The notes: generated by a model from the letters alone, not told the origin. DNA of 64,000 nt from Gammaproteobacteria bacterium (GCA_965277405.1 OZ255726.1:928001-992000), one strand, 5' to 3'. Shown: positions 39,262-48,670, numbered from the stretch's first letter. Program-made: numbers and translations.

Positions 39262-39551
39262 TGCCAGCAATAACGAGAAAAGGCGACAACTGTAGCGGGC
39301 ATGGGTGTTTTCCCCCGCGCGCCAGCAGCCAAGGTAGCCCCAATGTTTTTATAAATGGCAGCGCCGCGCATCGGCAAGGTGATGGATGGTCTGCGCACAG
39401 CTGCGCAACTTGCCCACCGCATGGCGGGGCGTTGGCTAGTGGTTCTGCGTCGGTATACGCCAATGGCAAGCAGATAGGTCGCATTGGTGACCCTGTTGCC
39501 TGCGGTAGCAGGGTGGCCGCTGGTTCGAGCAACGTGTTTGCAGGTGGCTAG
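39261..39551 (+). CDS. PAAR-domain spike tip
   Basis: RKGD..SGHG, GSPNVFING, GSASVYANGKQIGRIGD. Confidence 0.92.
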   Translation: MPAITRKGDNCSGHGCFPPRASSQGSPNVFINGSAAHRQGDGWSAHSCATCPPHGGALASGSASVYANGKQIGRIGDPVACGSRVAAGSSNVFAGG

Positions 39552-39887
39552 ATGAAAGGCATACACAACAACAGCGGTAAATTGCTCAAAGGTCACGCCC
39601 ACCTGCGCCAAAGTATTACTGATATTTTGACCACGCCGCTTGGTAGCCGGGTAATGCGCCGCGAATATGGCAGCCGCCTGTTTGAATTGGTGGACGCGCC
39701 ATTGAACGCAGCCACCTTCGCCGAAATATACGCGGCAACTGCAGCAGCACTAGCACGCTGGGAACCCCGGTTAAAGCTGTTGCATGTAGCTGTAACCTGC
39801 GTGAAGGACGGACAGCTAACCCTTGATCTTGTCGGTGAGTATTTACCAGACGGCAAGAAAATAAAATTGGCAGGGCTGGTGGTATGA
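39552..39887 (+). CDS. P2 gpW / gp25-like baseplate protein
   Basis: HLRQSITDILTTPLGSRVMRREYGS, RWEPR. Confidence 0.93.
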   Translation: MKGIHNNSGKLLKGHAHLRQSITDILTTPLGSRVMRREYGSRLFELVDAPLNAATFAEIYAATAAALARWEPRLKLLHVAVTCVKDGQLTLDLVGEYLPDGKKIKLAGLVV

Positions 39888-40774
39888 CCAACGCTATCAA
39901 TTTGGCAGAACTACCAGCACCAGCAGTTGTTCAGTCATTGGACTATGAAACTATTTTGGCAGCAATGCTGGCTGATTTGCGCGGCCGGGCACCTGCATTT
40001 ACGGCATTAGTCGAATCAGACCCCGCCTATAAAATTTTAGAAGTGGCGGCGTATCGGGAATTGTTGCTACGCCAGCGCGTCAACGATGCTGCCCATGCGG
40101 TGATGCTTGCGTATTCCAAAGGCGCCGATTTAGATAATTTAGCCGCCTTGTTTGGAGTCCCCCGCCAAGTCATAGACCCCGGCAACCCTGCTGCGCTGCC
40201 ACCTGTTGCACCTGTGTATGAGGATGACGAACGCTTGCGCCAGCGTATACCGTTGTCGTTGGAAGGCTACAGCACCGCAGGACCAATAGGTGCGTATGTT
40301 TATCACTCGCTTGCAGCTTCGGCTGATGTAAAAGACGTAGCGGTAGCAAGCCCGACACCGGGCGCAGTGGTAGTGTCCGTGTTAAGTGTTGCCGGCAATG
40401 GCAGCGCGACCACTGCGCTGTTGAATACAGTTGCACGACACTTAAACCATGATGATATACGCCCGTTGACTGACCACGTGACAGTATTGGGGGCGTCTGT
40501 TCTCGAATACCAAGTAAATGCCACACTAATCTTTTACCGTGGTCCTGGTAAATCAAAGATAGCTGCACATGCTCGTCAGCAAGCGGGCGCATACGTTACG
40601 CAACAACACAAACTTGGTCGTGATATACCTGTATCAGGGCTGTATGCGGCTTTGCATCAATCAGGTGTTCAGAACGTTATTATCGCCAGCCCTGCCGCTG
40701 ATATCGTAGTGCAGCCCCATCAAGCCGCATTTTGTACCAATATGACGATTATTGCAGGTGGTTGGCATGAATAG
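39884..40774 (+). CDS. P2 gpJ-like baseplate protein
   Basis: LPAPAVV..LDYE, ESDP, STAGPIGAY, RPLTD. Confidence 0.93.
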   Translation: MTNAINLAELPAPAVVQSLDYETILAAMLADLRGRAPAFTALVESDPAYKILEVAAYRELLLRQRVNDAAHAVMLAYSKGADLDNLAALFGVPRQVIDPGNPAALPPVAPVYEDDERLRQRIPLSLEGYSTAGPIGAYVYHSLAASADVKDVAVASPTPGAVVVSVLSVAGNGSATTALLNTVARHLNHDDIRPLTDHVTVLGASVLEYQVNATLIFYRGPGKSKIAAHARQQAGAYVTQQHKLGRDIPVSGLYAALHQSGVQNVIIASPAADIVVQPHQAAFCTNMTIIAGGWHE

Positions 40775-41513
40775 CCTGTTACCACCGAACGCCACTACAG
40801 CCGAAATTGCCGTCGAGCAAACTACAGCGCGGTTGGGCAAAATTCCTGTAGAAATCGGCAAATTGTGGAACCCTGCCACCTGCCCTGTTGAATTGCTGCC
40901 CTGGCTAGCGTGGGCGTTGTCAGTGGATGAATGGGAAAGCCAGTGGAGTGAACAAACCCGACGAGAAGTTATTAAGCAATCCGCCAAAGTTCACCGCAAC
41001 AAAGGCACCCGCGGCGCGGTAGAGCGGGCTTTGCGCGCTGTTGGAGTGCGTATCGAATTGCAAGAATGGTTCGAGAACAGCAGCGCACAAACCCCACATA
41101 CCTTTAACCTGACTACATTTGCCAATGAAGCCCAGGCACCAGCTAGCGCTGCTGTTCTTGACCCAGCATTTTTCAATATGGTACGCGCTAGCGTGGCTGC
41201 CACCAAGCCCGTGCGCAGCCATTATACAATCCGTGTTGCTGCTGCTTTTGACGATGGCATTGGTATTTACAACATTTTCAAGGCAGGGCAGTCAGTCCGG
41301 TGCGCGGCAGAGACACAACAACAACCAATCAAAGCCAGCTGTGGGATAAATAACGATGGCATTGGTATTTACAACATTTTCAAGGCAGGGCAGTCAGTCC
41401 GGTGCGCGGCAGAGACACAACAACAACCAATCAAAGCCAACTGTGGGATAACTTCGGCTGTGCTGCTACAAACAGTTGCCTTGGCTAATTTTACGATGGA
41501 GGCTGCAGCATGA
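40767..41513 (+). CDS. P2 gpI-like tail protein with a 34-aa tandem duplication
   Basis: SLLPPNAT, LWNPATCP..LLPWLAWALSVD, HRNKGT. Confidence 0.92.
   Translation: MNSLLPPNATTAEIAVEQTTARLGKIPVEIGKLWNPATCPVELLPWLAWALSVDEWESQWSEQTRREVIKQSAKVHRNKGTRGAVERALRAVGVRIELQEWFENSSAQTPHTFNLTTFANEAQAPASAAVLDPAFFNMVRASVAATKPVRSHYTIRVAAAFDDGIGIYNIFKAGQSVRCAAETQQQPIKASCGINNDGIGIYNIFKAGQSVRCAAETQQQPIKANCGITSAVLLQTVALANFTMEAAA
41251..41451 (+). repeat. 102-bp-period tandem duplication in gpI
   Basis: ACGATGGCATTGG...GTGGGATAA twice, near identical. Confidence 0.92.
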
Positions 41514-42532
41514 GCGCAACTTTAACCCCTGTTATCACTTTGGCTGGCTTGAACGCGGTCTTTAACAGCCACAACAACGGGCTGGATGCCACCATAGCCG
41601 AAATCGCCTTAGGCGATGCGGCGTGGACGCCAGATAACACCGCAACTGCGCTACACAACGAAAAACGCCGCATACCCGTCAGCGGTGAACGCGTCAATAA
41701 CGCGCAGATTCACCTGACGGGGGTAGAAGATGGCAACGATTTGGAATATTGGGTGCGTGAACTCGGTTTCTACCTAGCCGACGGCACGTTGTTAGCCATT
41801 TGGAGTAATGATAACCAAGCACTGGCATATAAATCTGCTGGGGTTGATTTACTATTAGCTTTTGATTTGGCATTAACGGCACTACCGGCTGACAGCGTCA
41901 CGGTAGATGGTAGTGGCGGTTTTAACTTGCCACCTGCAACCAGCAGCAAGCGCGGCTTGATTCGCATCGCCACAGCTGCAGAAATAACCACAGGCAGCGC
42001 CACAGATGTCGCGGTTAATCCAGCCCAGTTAAATGCTATCTGGACAAAACACCGTGATGTATTGGGTGAGTTGAATGTCCACGGATCAATTAGAACGATT
42101 TTTCAAGGAAGGCTAATTCATTCAGGACCTCCTTATGAAGACGCCCCTTCGGGGTCAGGTGATTTTTCAAAAGGAGATAATAATGCAGGGGCGAGCACTA
42201 ACATATTTTTGCATTTGCGCACCCCAATGGAGGTGCCGCAACGTACCGGCATGTTTCGTTTTCATCTGTATGGTTATGCGTATGGTGCTGATAAAATCAT
42301 CGACGAACGTATAGCTGGATACTGCTATCCATCGGGGGTAAGGCATACCCATAGTGGAGGAGATTTATCACCTGCCGCTTACCAAGGATCTGACAATAAA
42401 ATTTATCTACGCATCTCGTTGACCAGTTCATATTACCTGACGCTCGCTGTGGATTCGCAAAAGGTAGCCATTGGGGCTGCATTTCAAAAAGGCAGCCTGC
42501 ATCCGATTATTTCAAAAGAGGAGACACTGTAA
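41510..42532 (+). CDS. Tail fibre protein (gpH-like N-terminus)
   Basis: ITLAG, IALGD, WVRELGFYLADGTLLA, ATSSKRGLIRIAT. Confidence 0.8.
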   Translation: MSATLTPVITLAGLNAVFNSHNNGLDATIAEIALGDAAWTPDNTATALHNEKRRIPVSGERVNNAQIHLTGVEDGNDLEYWVRELGFYLADGTLLAIWSNDNQALAYKSAGVDLLLAFDLALTALPADSVTVDGSGGFNLPPATSSKRGLIRIATAAEITTGSATDVAVNPAQLNAIWTKHRDVLGELNVHGSIRTIFQGRLIHSGPPYEDAPSGSGDFSKGDNNAGASTNIFLHLRTPMEVPQRTGMFRFHLYGYAYGADKIIDERIAGYCYPSGVRHTHSGGDLSPAAYQGSDNKIYLRISLTSSYYLTLAVDSQKVAIGAAFQKGSLHPIISKEETL

Positions 42533-43056
42533 TGAGCATTGCCGTTTTAATTAATAAATCAATGGCTGCTGTGGTTGCTAATCCAAGTGATTTTATTGGG
42601 TTAAAAGAAACCATGATTAATGACGGAATACCCGCCGAAAATATCGAACTATCACTGGATGGCTTACGTGATTGGACAAAACAACAAGTTGTGCAGTTCA
42701 CCACAGCTACCCGCGCCAAAGCCGCAGGCCATGTCGACCCATACCAACTGGCAGGGTGGAACGATAAGGCACAACGCGCCGGGCGGCTACTTGCCAATGC
42801 CACCACTGACGCCGATACCGCCATCATCCAAGCAGAATGTGACAAGCGCGGCCAAGGCGAAACACCGCAACAACTCGCCCAAAAGCAAGCCGCCAAAGCG
42901 CAAGTACTAGCCACAGCGGTTGCCATTATTGACGGCATGGAATCGCAAGCATTGGCAGCCGTTCAAGGCAAACGTAGTGAAAACACCTTGGCGGCGTTGT
43001 TGGTAGCATTGGAAACTGCGGCAACGGTTGCCTTAGAACAAGTATTGCAACAGTAA
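42532..43056 (+). CDS. Probable tail-fibre assembly protein
   Basis: Position after the fibre gene; helical, Ala-rich. Confidence 0.5.
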   Translation: MSIAVLINKSMAAVVANPSDFIGLKETMINDGIPAENIELSLDGLRDWTKQQVVQFTTATRAKAAGHVDPYQLAGWNDKAQRAGRLLANATTDADTAIIQAECDKRGQGETPQQLAQKQAAKAQVLATAVAIIDGMESQALAAVQGKRSENTLAALLVALETAATVALEQVLQQ

Positions 43057-43080
43057 CCACAGGTATAGTTTTTTACCTGA
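43057..43080 (+). promoter_or_regulatory. Late-promoter activator box, copy 2
   Basis: Identical 24-mer upstream of the sheath gene. Confidence 0.7.
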
Positions 43081-43158
43081 TAATATTTTTAAGTGGCAGG
43101 CAAACTGTTGGACAAAGCAAATTGCTAATCCTAGCTTCCCTAACAGTGAGAAAATAGT

Positions 43159-44319
43159 ATGCCAGGACAATTCCTACACGGCGTTGAGGTTGTCGAGTTA
43201 AATGGCGGTGCCCGTCCTATCAGTACCGTTAAGAGTTCCGTAATAGGAATTATCGGCACAGCTCCAACCGCAGCTGCGGATAAATTCCCAATCAATACCC
43301 CTGTACTTGTTGCCGGTAGCCGTACCGCAGCAGCAGCATTAGGCACAAGTGGCACATTGCCGGCGGCAACCGACGCTATCTTTGACCAAGCAGGTGCAAT
43401 GATTGTAGTGATTCGTGTAGAGCAAGATGCAGACCCGGCGCAACAACTAGCTAATGTTATCGGCGGTGTTGATGCTGCCACCGGTCAATACCAAGGTGTG
43501 CAAGCCCTGCTTAGCTGCGAATCAGTGCTTGGTGTTGCCCCAAAGATGCTGATTGTTCCAGGTTTCACCGACCAGCAAGCAGTTGTAGCTGAAATGCTCG
43601 GCATTGCAGACCGCCTCCGCGCTATCATTATCGCCGATGGCCCCAGCACTAACGATGCAGACGTGATTGCCTACCGGCAAAACTTTGGTTCTGGTCGTGT
43701 TTACATCGTAGACCCCGCCGCGCGTGTCTTCGACACAGTGTCGGCTACCGAAGTTAACCAACCTATGAGTCCCCGCGTCGCCGGACTGATTGCCCGTTCT
43801 GATAATGACCGTGGGTTTTGGTGGTCGCCATCGAATCAAGAAATTTATGGCATTGTCGGCACAGAACGCGCTATCGATTTTACCTTGGGTGATAGTAACG
43901 CCCGCGCCAACCATTTGAATGAAAACGCAGTGGCTACGGTTATCCAAAAAACTGGTTTTCGACTTTGGGGCAACCGCACTTGTGCTAGCGACCCTAAATG
44001 GGCGTTTCTTTCAGTGCGCCGCACCGCAGACCTGATCAACGAAAGCTTGTTAAAAGCACACTTATGGGCAGTCGATCAAAACATTACTAAGACCTATCTT
44101 GAAGACGTTAGCGAAGGTGTCAACGCCTATCTGCGCGACCTGCAGGCTATCGGTGCCATTATCGGCGGTCAGTGCTGGGCAGACCCAGAACTAAACACAC
44201 CTGCAAACATTTCACAGGGTAAAGTCTTTTTTGATTTTGACTTCACCCCGCCGTATCCAGCTGAACACATTACCTTCCGCTCCAGCCTAGTTAATGACTA
44301 CCTTGAGGAGATTCTCTGA
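43159..44319 (+). CDS. Tail sheath (P2 FI-like)
   Basis: FLHGVEV, GTLP, WWSPSN, GFRLWGNRT, PPYPAEHITF. Confidence 0.95.
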   Translation: MPGQFLHGVEVVELNGGARPISTVKSSVIGIIGTAPTAAADKFPINTPVLVAGSRTAAAALGTSGTLPAATDAIFDQAGAMIVVIRVEQDADPAQQLANVIGGVDAATGQYQGVQALLSCESVLGVAPKMLIVPGFTDQQAVVAEMLGIADRLRAIIIADGPSTNDADVIAYRQNFGSGRVYIVDPAARVFDTVSATEVNQPMSPRVAGLIARSDNDRGFWWSPSNQEIYGIVGTERAIDFTLGDSNARANHLNENAVATVIQKTGFRLWGNRTCASDPKWAFLSVRRTADLINESLLKAHLWAVDQNITKTYLEDVSEGVNAYLRDLQAIGAIIGGQCWADPELNTPANISQGKVFFDFDFTPPYPAEHITFRSSLVNDYLEEIL

Positions 44320-44825
44320 TGTTCCCAACCACCTTAAAAAACATGAACCTGTATATCGACGGTAAAGGATATGCTGGGGTCATCGAAGAAATAACCCTGC
44401 CAAAATTAACTATTAAGGCGGAAGAGTTTCGCGCTGGTGGCATGGACGCGCCGATTAAAATAGATATGGGCATGGAACACCTCGAAACAGTTTTTACCCT
44501 AAAAGCATTCGACAAACAAACCCTAAAGCATTTTGGTTTAGGTAATGGTAATCGCGTTGCTATGAATATCCGCGGCGGGATGTGCTCAGATGAAGATGGC
44601 GCTGAATTTGCTGTTGTTATTAAACTGCAAGGCATGATCACGGAAATGGACTTTGGCACTTGGAAAGCTGGTGAAAGTGCCAGTGTCAAAGCTACCGTTG
44701 CGTTACGCTATTACAATTTAAATGTCGCTGGTGACGAAGTCCACGAAATAGACATTAACAACATGGTGCGCAAAATCGACGGCGTAGACCAATTAGCACT
44801 TACCCGCAAAAACATTGGTTTATAA
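44319..44825 (+). CDS. Tail tube (P2 FII-like)
   Basis: LKNMNLYIDG, TLPKL, RAGGM, EIDINNM...GVD. Confidence 0.94.
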   Translation: MFPTTLKNMNLYIDGKGYAGVIEEITLPKLTIKAEEFRAGGMDAPIKIDMGMEHLETVFTLKAFDKQTLKHFGLGNGNRVAMNIRGGMCSDEDGAEFAVVIKLQGMITEMDFGTWKAGESASVKATVALRYYNLNVAGDEVHEIDINNMVRKIDGVDQLALTRKNIGL

Positions 44826-44833
44826 CGGGGTTA

Positions 44834-45025
44834 GTGATGCCGACCAACAACAAAGATTATTTTATAATTAAACCGCTGGTCCACAACAACCAGCCGTATC
44901 CAAGCGGTGCGCGGCTATCGCTAAGCCAGATTGAAGCACAGTTTTTAGTATTAGCTGGAAAGATCAGCTTGAACAACCCACAACCAAAGCAAGGAAAAAC
45001 CCATGTCAAACATAATCAAACTTAG
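44834..45025 (+). CDS. Small phage hypothetical protein
   Basis: 63-aa ORF filling the tube-chaperone gap. Confidence 0.5.
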   Translation: MMPTNNKDYFIIKPLVHNNQPYPSGARLSLSQIEAQFLVLAGKISLNNPQPKQGKTHVKHNQT

Positions 45026-45245
45026 ATTTCCAATTGAATCTGAAGGCCAAACAGTTGCAGAGGTTACCCTGCGCCGACCAACAGTTGGCGATATGCTCCA
45101 CGCAGACAGAGCCAAAGGCAGCGATGCAGACAAAGAGATTAAGATGTTCTCAAACCTGACGGAATTGTCGTTGACCGCTATCGAATCGCTAGATTTGGCA
45201 GATTACCAGCAGCTACAAAAGGAATATCAAGATTTTTTGTCCTAA
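45003..45245 (+). CDS. Tail assembly chaperone (gpE-like)
   Basis: VTLRRPTVGD, LDLADY; ends in a slippery TTTTTTG. Confidence 0.85.
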   Translation: MSNIIKLRFPIESEGQTVAEVTLRRPTVGDMLHADRAKGSDADKEIKMFSNLTELSLTAIESLDLADYQQLQKEYQDFLS

Positions 45246-45370
45246 GCGCCAAAGACATTAGAAAAGCATGTTTTTTGCTGGCAACACACACAGGTTGGGC
45301 GCTTTGCGCAATGCTATCTTGGACAGCCGAAGAGTTAATGCTTTGGCTTGAGGAGATACCTAAAAAGTGA
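45232..45370 (+). CDS. gpE' extension via -1 programmed frameshift
   Basis: -1 frame reads ...LATHTGWALCAMLSWTAEELMLWLEE, P2 GpE'-like. Confidence 0.7.
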
Positions 45371-45580
45371 AAATAGTGGTTGCAGCAATGGGCTGCATAT
45401 TAGCACCGCAGGGAGGAGCAGTATGGCCCAAAAGATGAAAGCGGCGCCCACCATACCCAAGCAGCTACCGACACCTGCAACGTGATACTCACTAGCGTGT
45501 AAAACTAATACCAGGCACGCTATATAAAAAAATACGGCGAATATTGTTGAATCGTCTATATTGTTCAGGAACTTTTTCAT
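45335..45580 (-). CDS. Small membrane protein (moron-like), antisense within the tail operon
   Basis: 81 aa from ATG 45580 with 2-3 hydrophobic segments. Confidence 0.5.
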   Translation of the reverse strand: MKKFLNNIDDSTIFAVFFYIACLVLVLHASEYHVAGVGSCLGMVGAAFIFWAILLLPAVLICSPLLQPLFSLFRYLLKPKH

Positions 45581-45581
45581 A

Positions 45582-48251
45582 ATGGGAAAAAAATTAGCAG
45601 TCAGCGTTGTCATCGGTGCCGTCCTTGGGAAGAAGTATTTTAGCACATTTGATAGTGCTCAACAAAAAGTATTAAAATTAGGCAAGGCATTTAATGATAC
45701 CGATAAAAAGCTGCGCTCGGCTAATGGTGTTATTAAATATCGAGACTTATTACAACAACTCAAGAATAAACAAGACGCAGCAGGTGGTAGCAATACAAAA
45801 TTAGCCGCTGGCATACGAGAGGTAGCAGCAAGATACAACAAGGCAAAAAAAGAAGCCAAAGGATACGGACTATCGATCGGCAGTATCGTTAGAGAACAAC
45901 AAAAATTGGGCAGGGAAACAACCCAACTCACGGCAAAAATCAACCGTTTAAACAAAGCCCAAGCAGCAAAACAACGGCTTGGCGGCATGAAAACTCGTGC
46001 GCTAGGGGCACTCGGCCTTGCCTATGGCGCGGGAAGGATTATTGGTAAATCTTTCGATCTAGAAGATAAAAAACATCAATTAGGGGACGTTATCACGGGT
46101 GAAAATAGAGAGGAAAGGTTAAATAAATCACTGCAACATGCCAAGGCATTTGCAAGAAAATCATTGGCGAGTGAAACAGATATATTAGAGATAGATTACT
46201 CGCTACGCTCTTCTGGCCTGGATGATCAAGCCGCCCAATTTGGTTCTGAAATAGTAGCTAAGGTTGCCTCTGTTACCAAAGGTTCCGCTGCTGATGTTGG
46301 TTTTATTATTGGCGATATTTTTACCAATATGGGGGATAAACTAGAGGGTTCTACAGAAGAAAGACTAACGCGTATCGGCGATATTTTAACAAAAACTAAA
46401 AACCTTTTTTCTATCAAAGATTTTAACCAATTAGGTGGAGGCTTAAAAGAAGGCTTATCTGCGGCGCTTGCCAACAACATTTCTTTAGAGCAAACCGCCG
46501 CCCTTATTGGTCAGATCAACAACGGGATGTTAAAAGGTTCACAAGCCGGCACTGGTTTAAATGCGCTGCTGCGCCAGCTACCCAAAGCTGCAGAAGATAT
46601 AGATTTCAGTATTGTTCGGGATGAAACCGGCGCGCTAGATACCATTGCCACGTTAGAAAATTTGCAAGATGCTACGGAATTTATCACAGACCCTGATGAA
46701 AAAGCGGTGTTGTTACAACAGGCATTTGGAGATGAAGGCAAAAAAGCAGTGATTCCATTACTGGCTAATTTAGCTGCGTTGAAGAAAAATTTTATTGCTG
46801 TCCGCGATACGGCTACGGGTACTTTTGAAGAGGGGTATCAACGGCGGGTAAATTCAGCATCAGGGCAATGGACAATGTTCAACCAGAACCTATCTACCGT
46901 TGGTACAACACTCACTAACACTTTGCTCCCCGCCATAAATTGGCTGCTAACCCCAATTGCTAAAGTGATGGGCTGGGTGGGGAGTATGATCGAGAAATTC
47001 CCCATTGTTGGCTGGGTGCTTGGTTCTCTTGCTGCGGGTTTTATAGTTTCTGCAACAGCAATGGGTATATTTACGGCGGCGCAATGGCTGTGGAATAGCT
47101 CAATGGTAACAGGGTACGGCAACCTATTAAAAACAGTTGGGGGCTTGCTTTGGGCAGGAACAATTTACGCCGCATCAGCGGTGAAGGTGGGGGTTTTAAC
47201 GGCGGCGCAATGGTTGTGGAATATCGCCTTAAACGCCAACCCAATAGGCTTAATCGTAGCCGGCATAGCCCTTGTTGTCGGCGGAGCGTATGCACTTTAT
47301 AAAAACTGGGACACAGTTACCGCTTGGTTTAACACCGTACTCGAGGGTATTGGTGAGAAATTCGCGTGGGTTGGTGAGTTATGGAACAGCGTATTTGGTG
47401 ATGGTGACGCCGAAAAAAAAGTTACTATCACCAAGAATACCACAGAAAATACTAGGCGTAATCCTAGTAATCCAAGGCAAGGGCGTAATCCAAGGCAAGG
47501 GCGTAATCCAAGGCAAGGGATTATTCCAAAGCAAGGGATTATTCCAAAGCAAGGGATTATTCCAAGGCAAGGGCTTAATTCAAAGCAAGGGCGTAACCCA
47601 AGGCAAGGGCTTATCCCAAAGCAAGGGCTTATTCCAAGGCAAGGGATTATTCCAAGGCAAGGGATTATTCCAAAGCAAGGGCTTATTCCAAAGCAAGGGA
47701 TTATTCCAAAGCAAGGGCTTATCCCAAAGCAAGGGCGTAATCCAAGGCAAGGGATTATTCCAAGGCAAGGGATTATTCCAAAGCAAGGGATTATTCCAAA
47801 GCAAGGGATTATTCCAAAGCAAGGGATTATTCCAAAGCAAGGGCTTAATTCAAAGCAAGGGCTTAATTCAAAGCAAGGGCTTAATTCAAAGCAAGGGCTT
47901 AATTCAAAGCAAGGGCTTAATTCAAAGCAAGGGCTTATCCCAAAGCAAGGGCTTATCCCAAAGCAAGGGCGTAATTCAAAGCTAAAACACAGTATCGGCC
48001 ATGTCGTTGCCAAACCGAAAGCATCGCTCGCAGATCATCCAGCTATTAAAAATAAAATTACCCCATACGAAAAAAGAAATGTTACTAACAACAATAGCGT
48101 TCATGCGCCGATAACTATTAATGTCCCAAAAGGTACCGACCCTATCGAAGTTGGCAAAGAAGTTGATAGACAGCTGCAAGAACGCGAATACCAAGCCAAA
48201 GTGCAACAACGGTCAGCTTTGTACGATTACCAAGAATACGCAATCCCATGA
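45582..48251 (+). CDS. Tail tape measure protein with an internal hexapeptide repeat
   Basis: GSQAGTGLN, FGDEG, NANPIGLIV; position between E and U. Confidence 0.92.
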   Translation: MGKKLAVSVVIGAVLGKKYFSTFDSAQQKVLKLGKAFNDTDKKLRSANGVIKYRDLLQQLKNKQDAAGGSNTKLAAGIREVAARYNKAKKEAKGYGLSIGSIVREQQKLGRETTQLTAKINRLNKAQAAKQRLGGMKTRALGALGLAYGAGRIIGKSFDLEDKKHQLGDVITGENREERLNKSLQHAKAFARKSLASETDILEIDYSLRSSGLDDQAAQFGSEIVAKVASVTKGSAADVGFIIGDIFTNMGDKLEGSTEERLTRIGDILTKTKNLFSIKDFNQLGGGLKEGLSAALANNISLEQTAALIGQINNGMLKGSQAGTGLNALLRQLPKAAEDIDFSIVRDETGALDTIATLENLQDATEFITDPDEKAVLLQQAFGDEGKKAVIPLLANLAALKKNFIAVRDTATGTFEEGYQRRVNSASGQWTMFNQNLSTVGTTLTNTLLPAINWLLTPIAKVMGWVGSMIEKFPIVGWVLGSLAAGFIVSATAMGIFTAAQWLWNSSMVTGYGNLLKTVGGLLWAGTIYAASAVKVGVLTAAQWLWNIALNANPIGLIVAGIALVVGGAYALYKNWDTVTAWFNTVLEGIGEKFAWVGELWNSVFGDGDAEKKVTITKNTTENTRRNPSNPRQGRNPRQGRNPRQGIIPKQGIIPKQGIIPRQGLNSKQGRNPRQGLIPKQGLIPRQGIIPRQGIIPKQGLIPKQGIIPKQGLIPKQGRNPRQGIIPRQGIIPKQGIIPKQGIIPKQGIIPKQGLNSKQGLNSKQGLNSKQGLNSKQGLNSKQGLIPKQGLIPKQGRNSKLKHSIGHVVAKPKASLADHPAIKNKITPYEKRNVTNNNSVHAPITINVPKGTDPIEVGKEVDRQLQEREYQAKVQQRSALYDYQEYAIP
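47469..47972 (+). repeat. 28 x 18-bp tandem repeat
   Basis: Units (AAT/AAC/ATT/ATC)(C/T)CA A(G/A)G CAA GGG (CGT/ATT/CTT) = [NI][PS][RK]QG[RIL]. Confidence 0.97.
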
Positions 48252-48670
48252 TGCTGCTATTGGGGGATTATCGTTTTAGCGTCGACACAGCCGCATACCA
48301 GTCTAAATCAAGATCAACGTCTTTTCGCTGGGGCAAACAACAGCGGTTAACCACGCAACCCGCGTTGCAGTTTATTGGCCCAGGTGACGACACCATCAGT
48401 ATCCAAGGGGTTATCTTGCCACACTATAAGGGGAGCTTGGGACAAGTTGAATCGATGCGGAATACAGCTGAAAAGGGCGAAGCATTGCTGTTAATTGAAG
48501 GCAGTGGCAAAGTGCTGGGTCACTGGGTGATTGAAACTATTACCGAAAACCAAGATACTTTTTTTAAAGACGGAACCCCTCGACGCATCAATTTTACTTT
48601 GGAACTTCGCAAAGATGAAGACCCCAAAAAAGACAGTGTCAATGACCTTGCAACGGCCGCACCAGCATGA
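48248..48670 (+). CDS. P2 gpU-like tail protein
   Basis: LGDYRFSV.TAAYQ, QFIGPG, G.WVI, PRRINFTLEL. Confidence 0.9.
   Translation: MMLLLGDYRFSVDTAAYQSKSRSTSFRWGKQQRLTTQPALQFIGPGDDTISIQGVILPHYKGSLGQVESMRNTAEKGEALLLIEGSGKVLGHWVIETITENQDTFFKDGTPRRINFTLELRKDEDPKKDSVNDLATAAPA

Noticed and set aside
41251-42532. Diversity-generating retroelement TR/VR pair near the tail fibre
   Set aside because: The repeats are adjacent and near identical, without multiple adenine-specific mismatches, and no reverse transcriptase is present.
38794-44825. Type VI secretion system or eCIS (PAAR, sheath, tube, baseplate)
   Set aside because: Embedded among capsid, protease, tape measure and P2-type genes; no TssJLM, ClpV or Afp15-type ATPase.
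47469-47972. CRISPR array
   Set aside because: Units are contiguous 18-mers with no unique spacers, in frame within a CDS, and there are no cas genes.
47272-48013. Overlapping ORFs (QSKGLF repeats; antisense PCFGII repeats) as real genes
   Set aside because: They stay open only because the repeat unit lacks stops in those frames.
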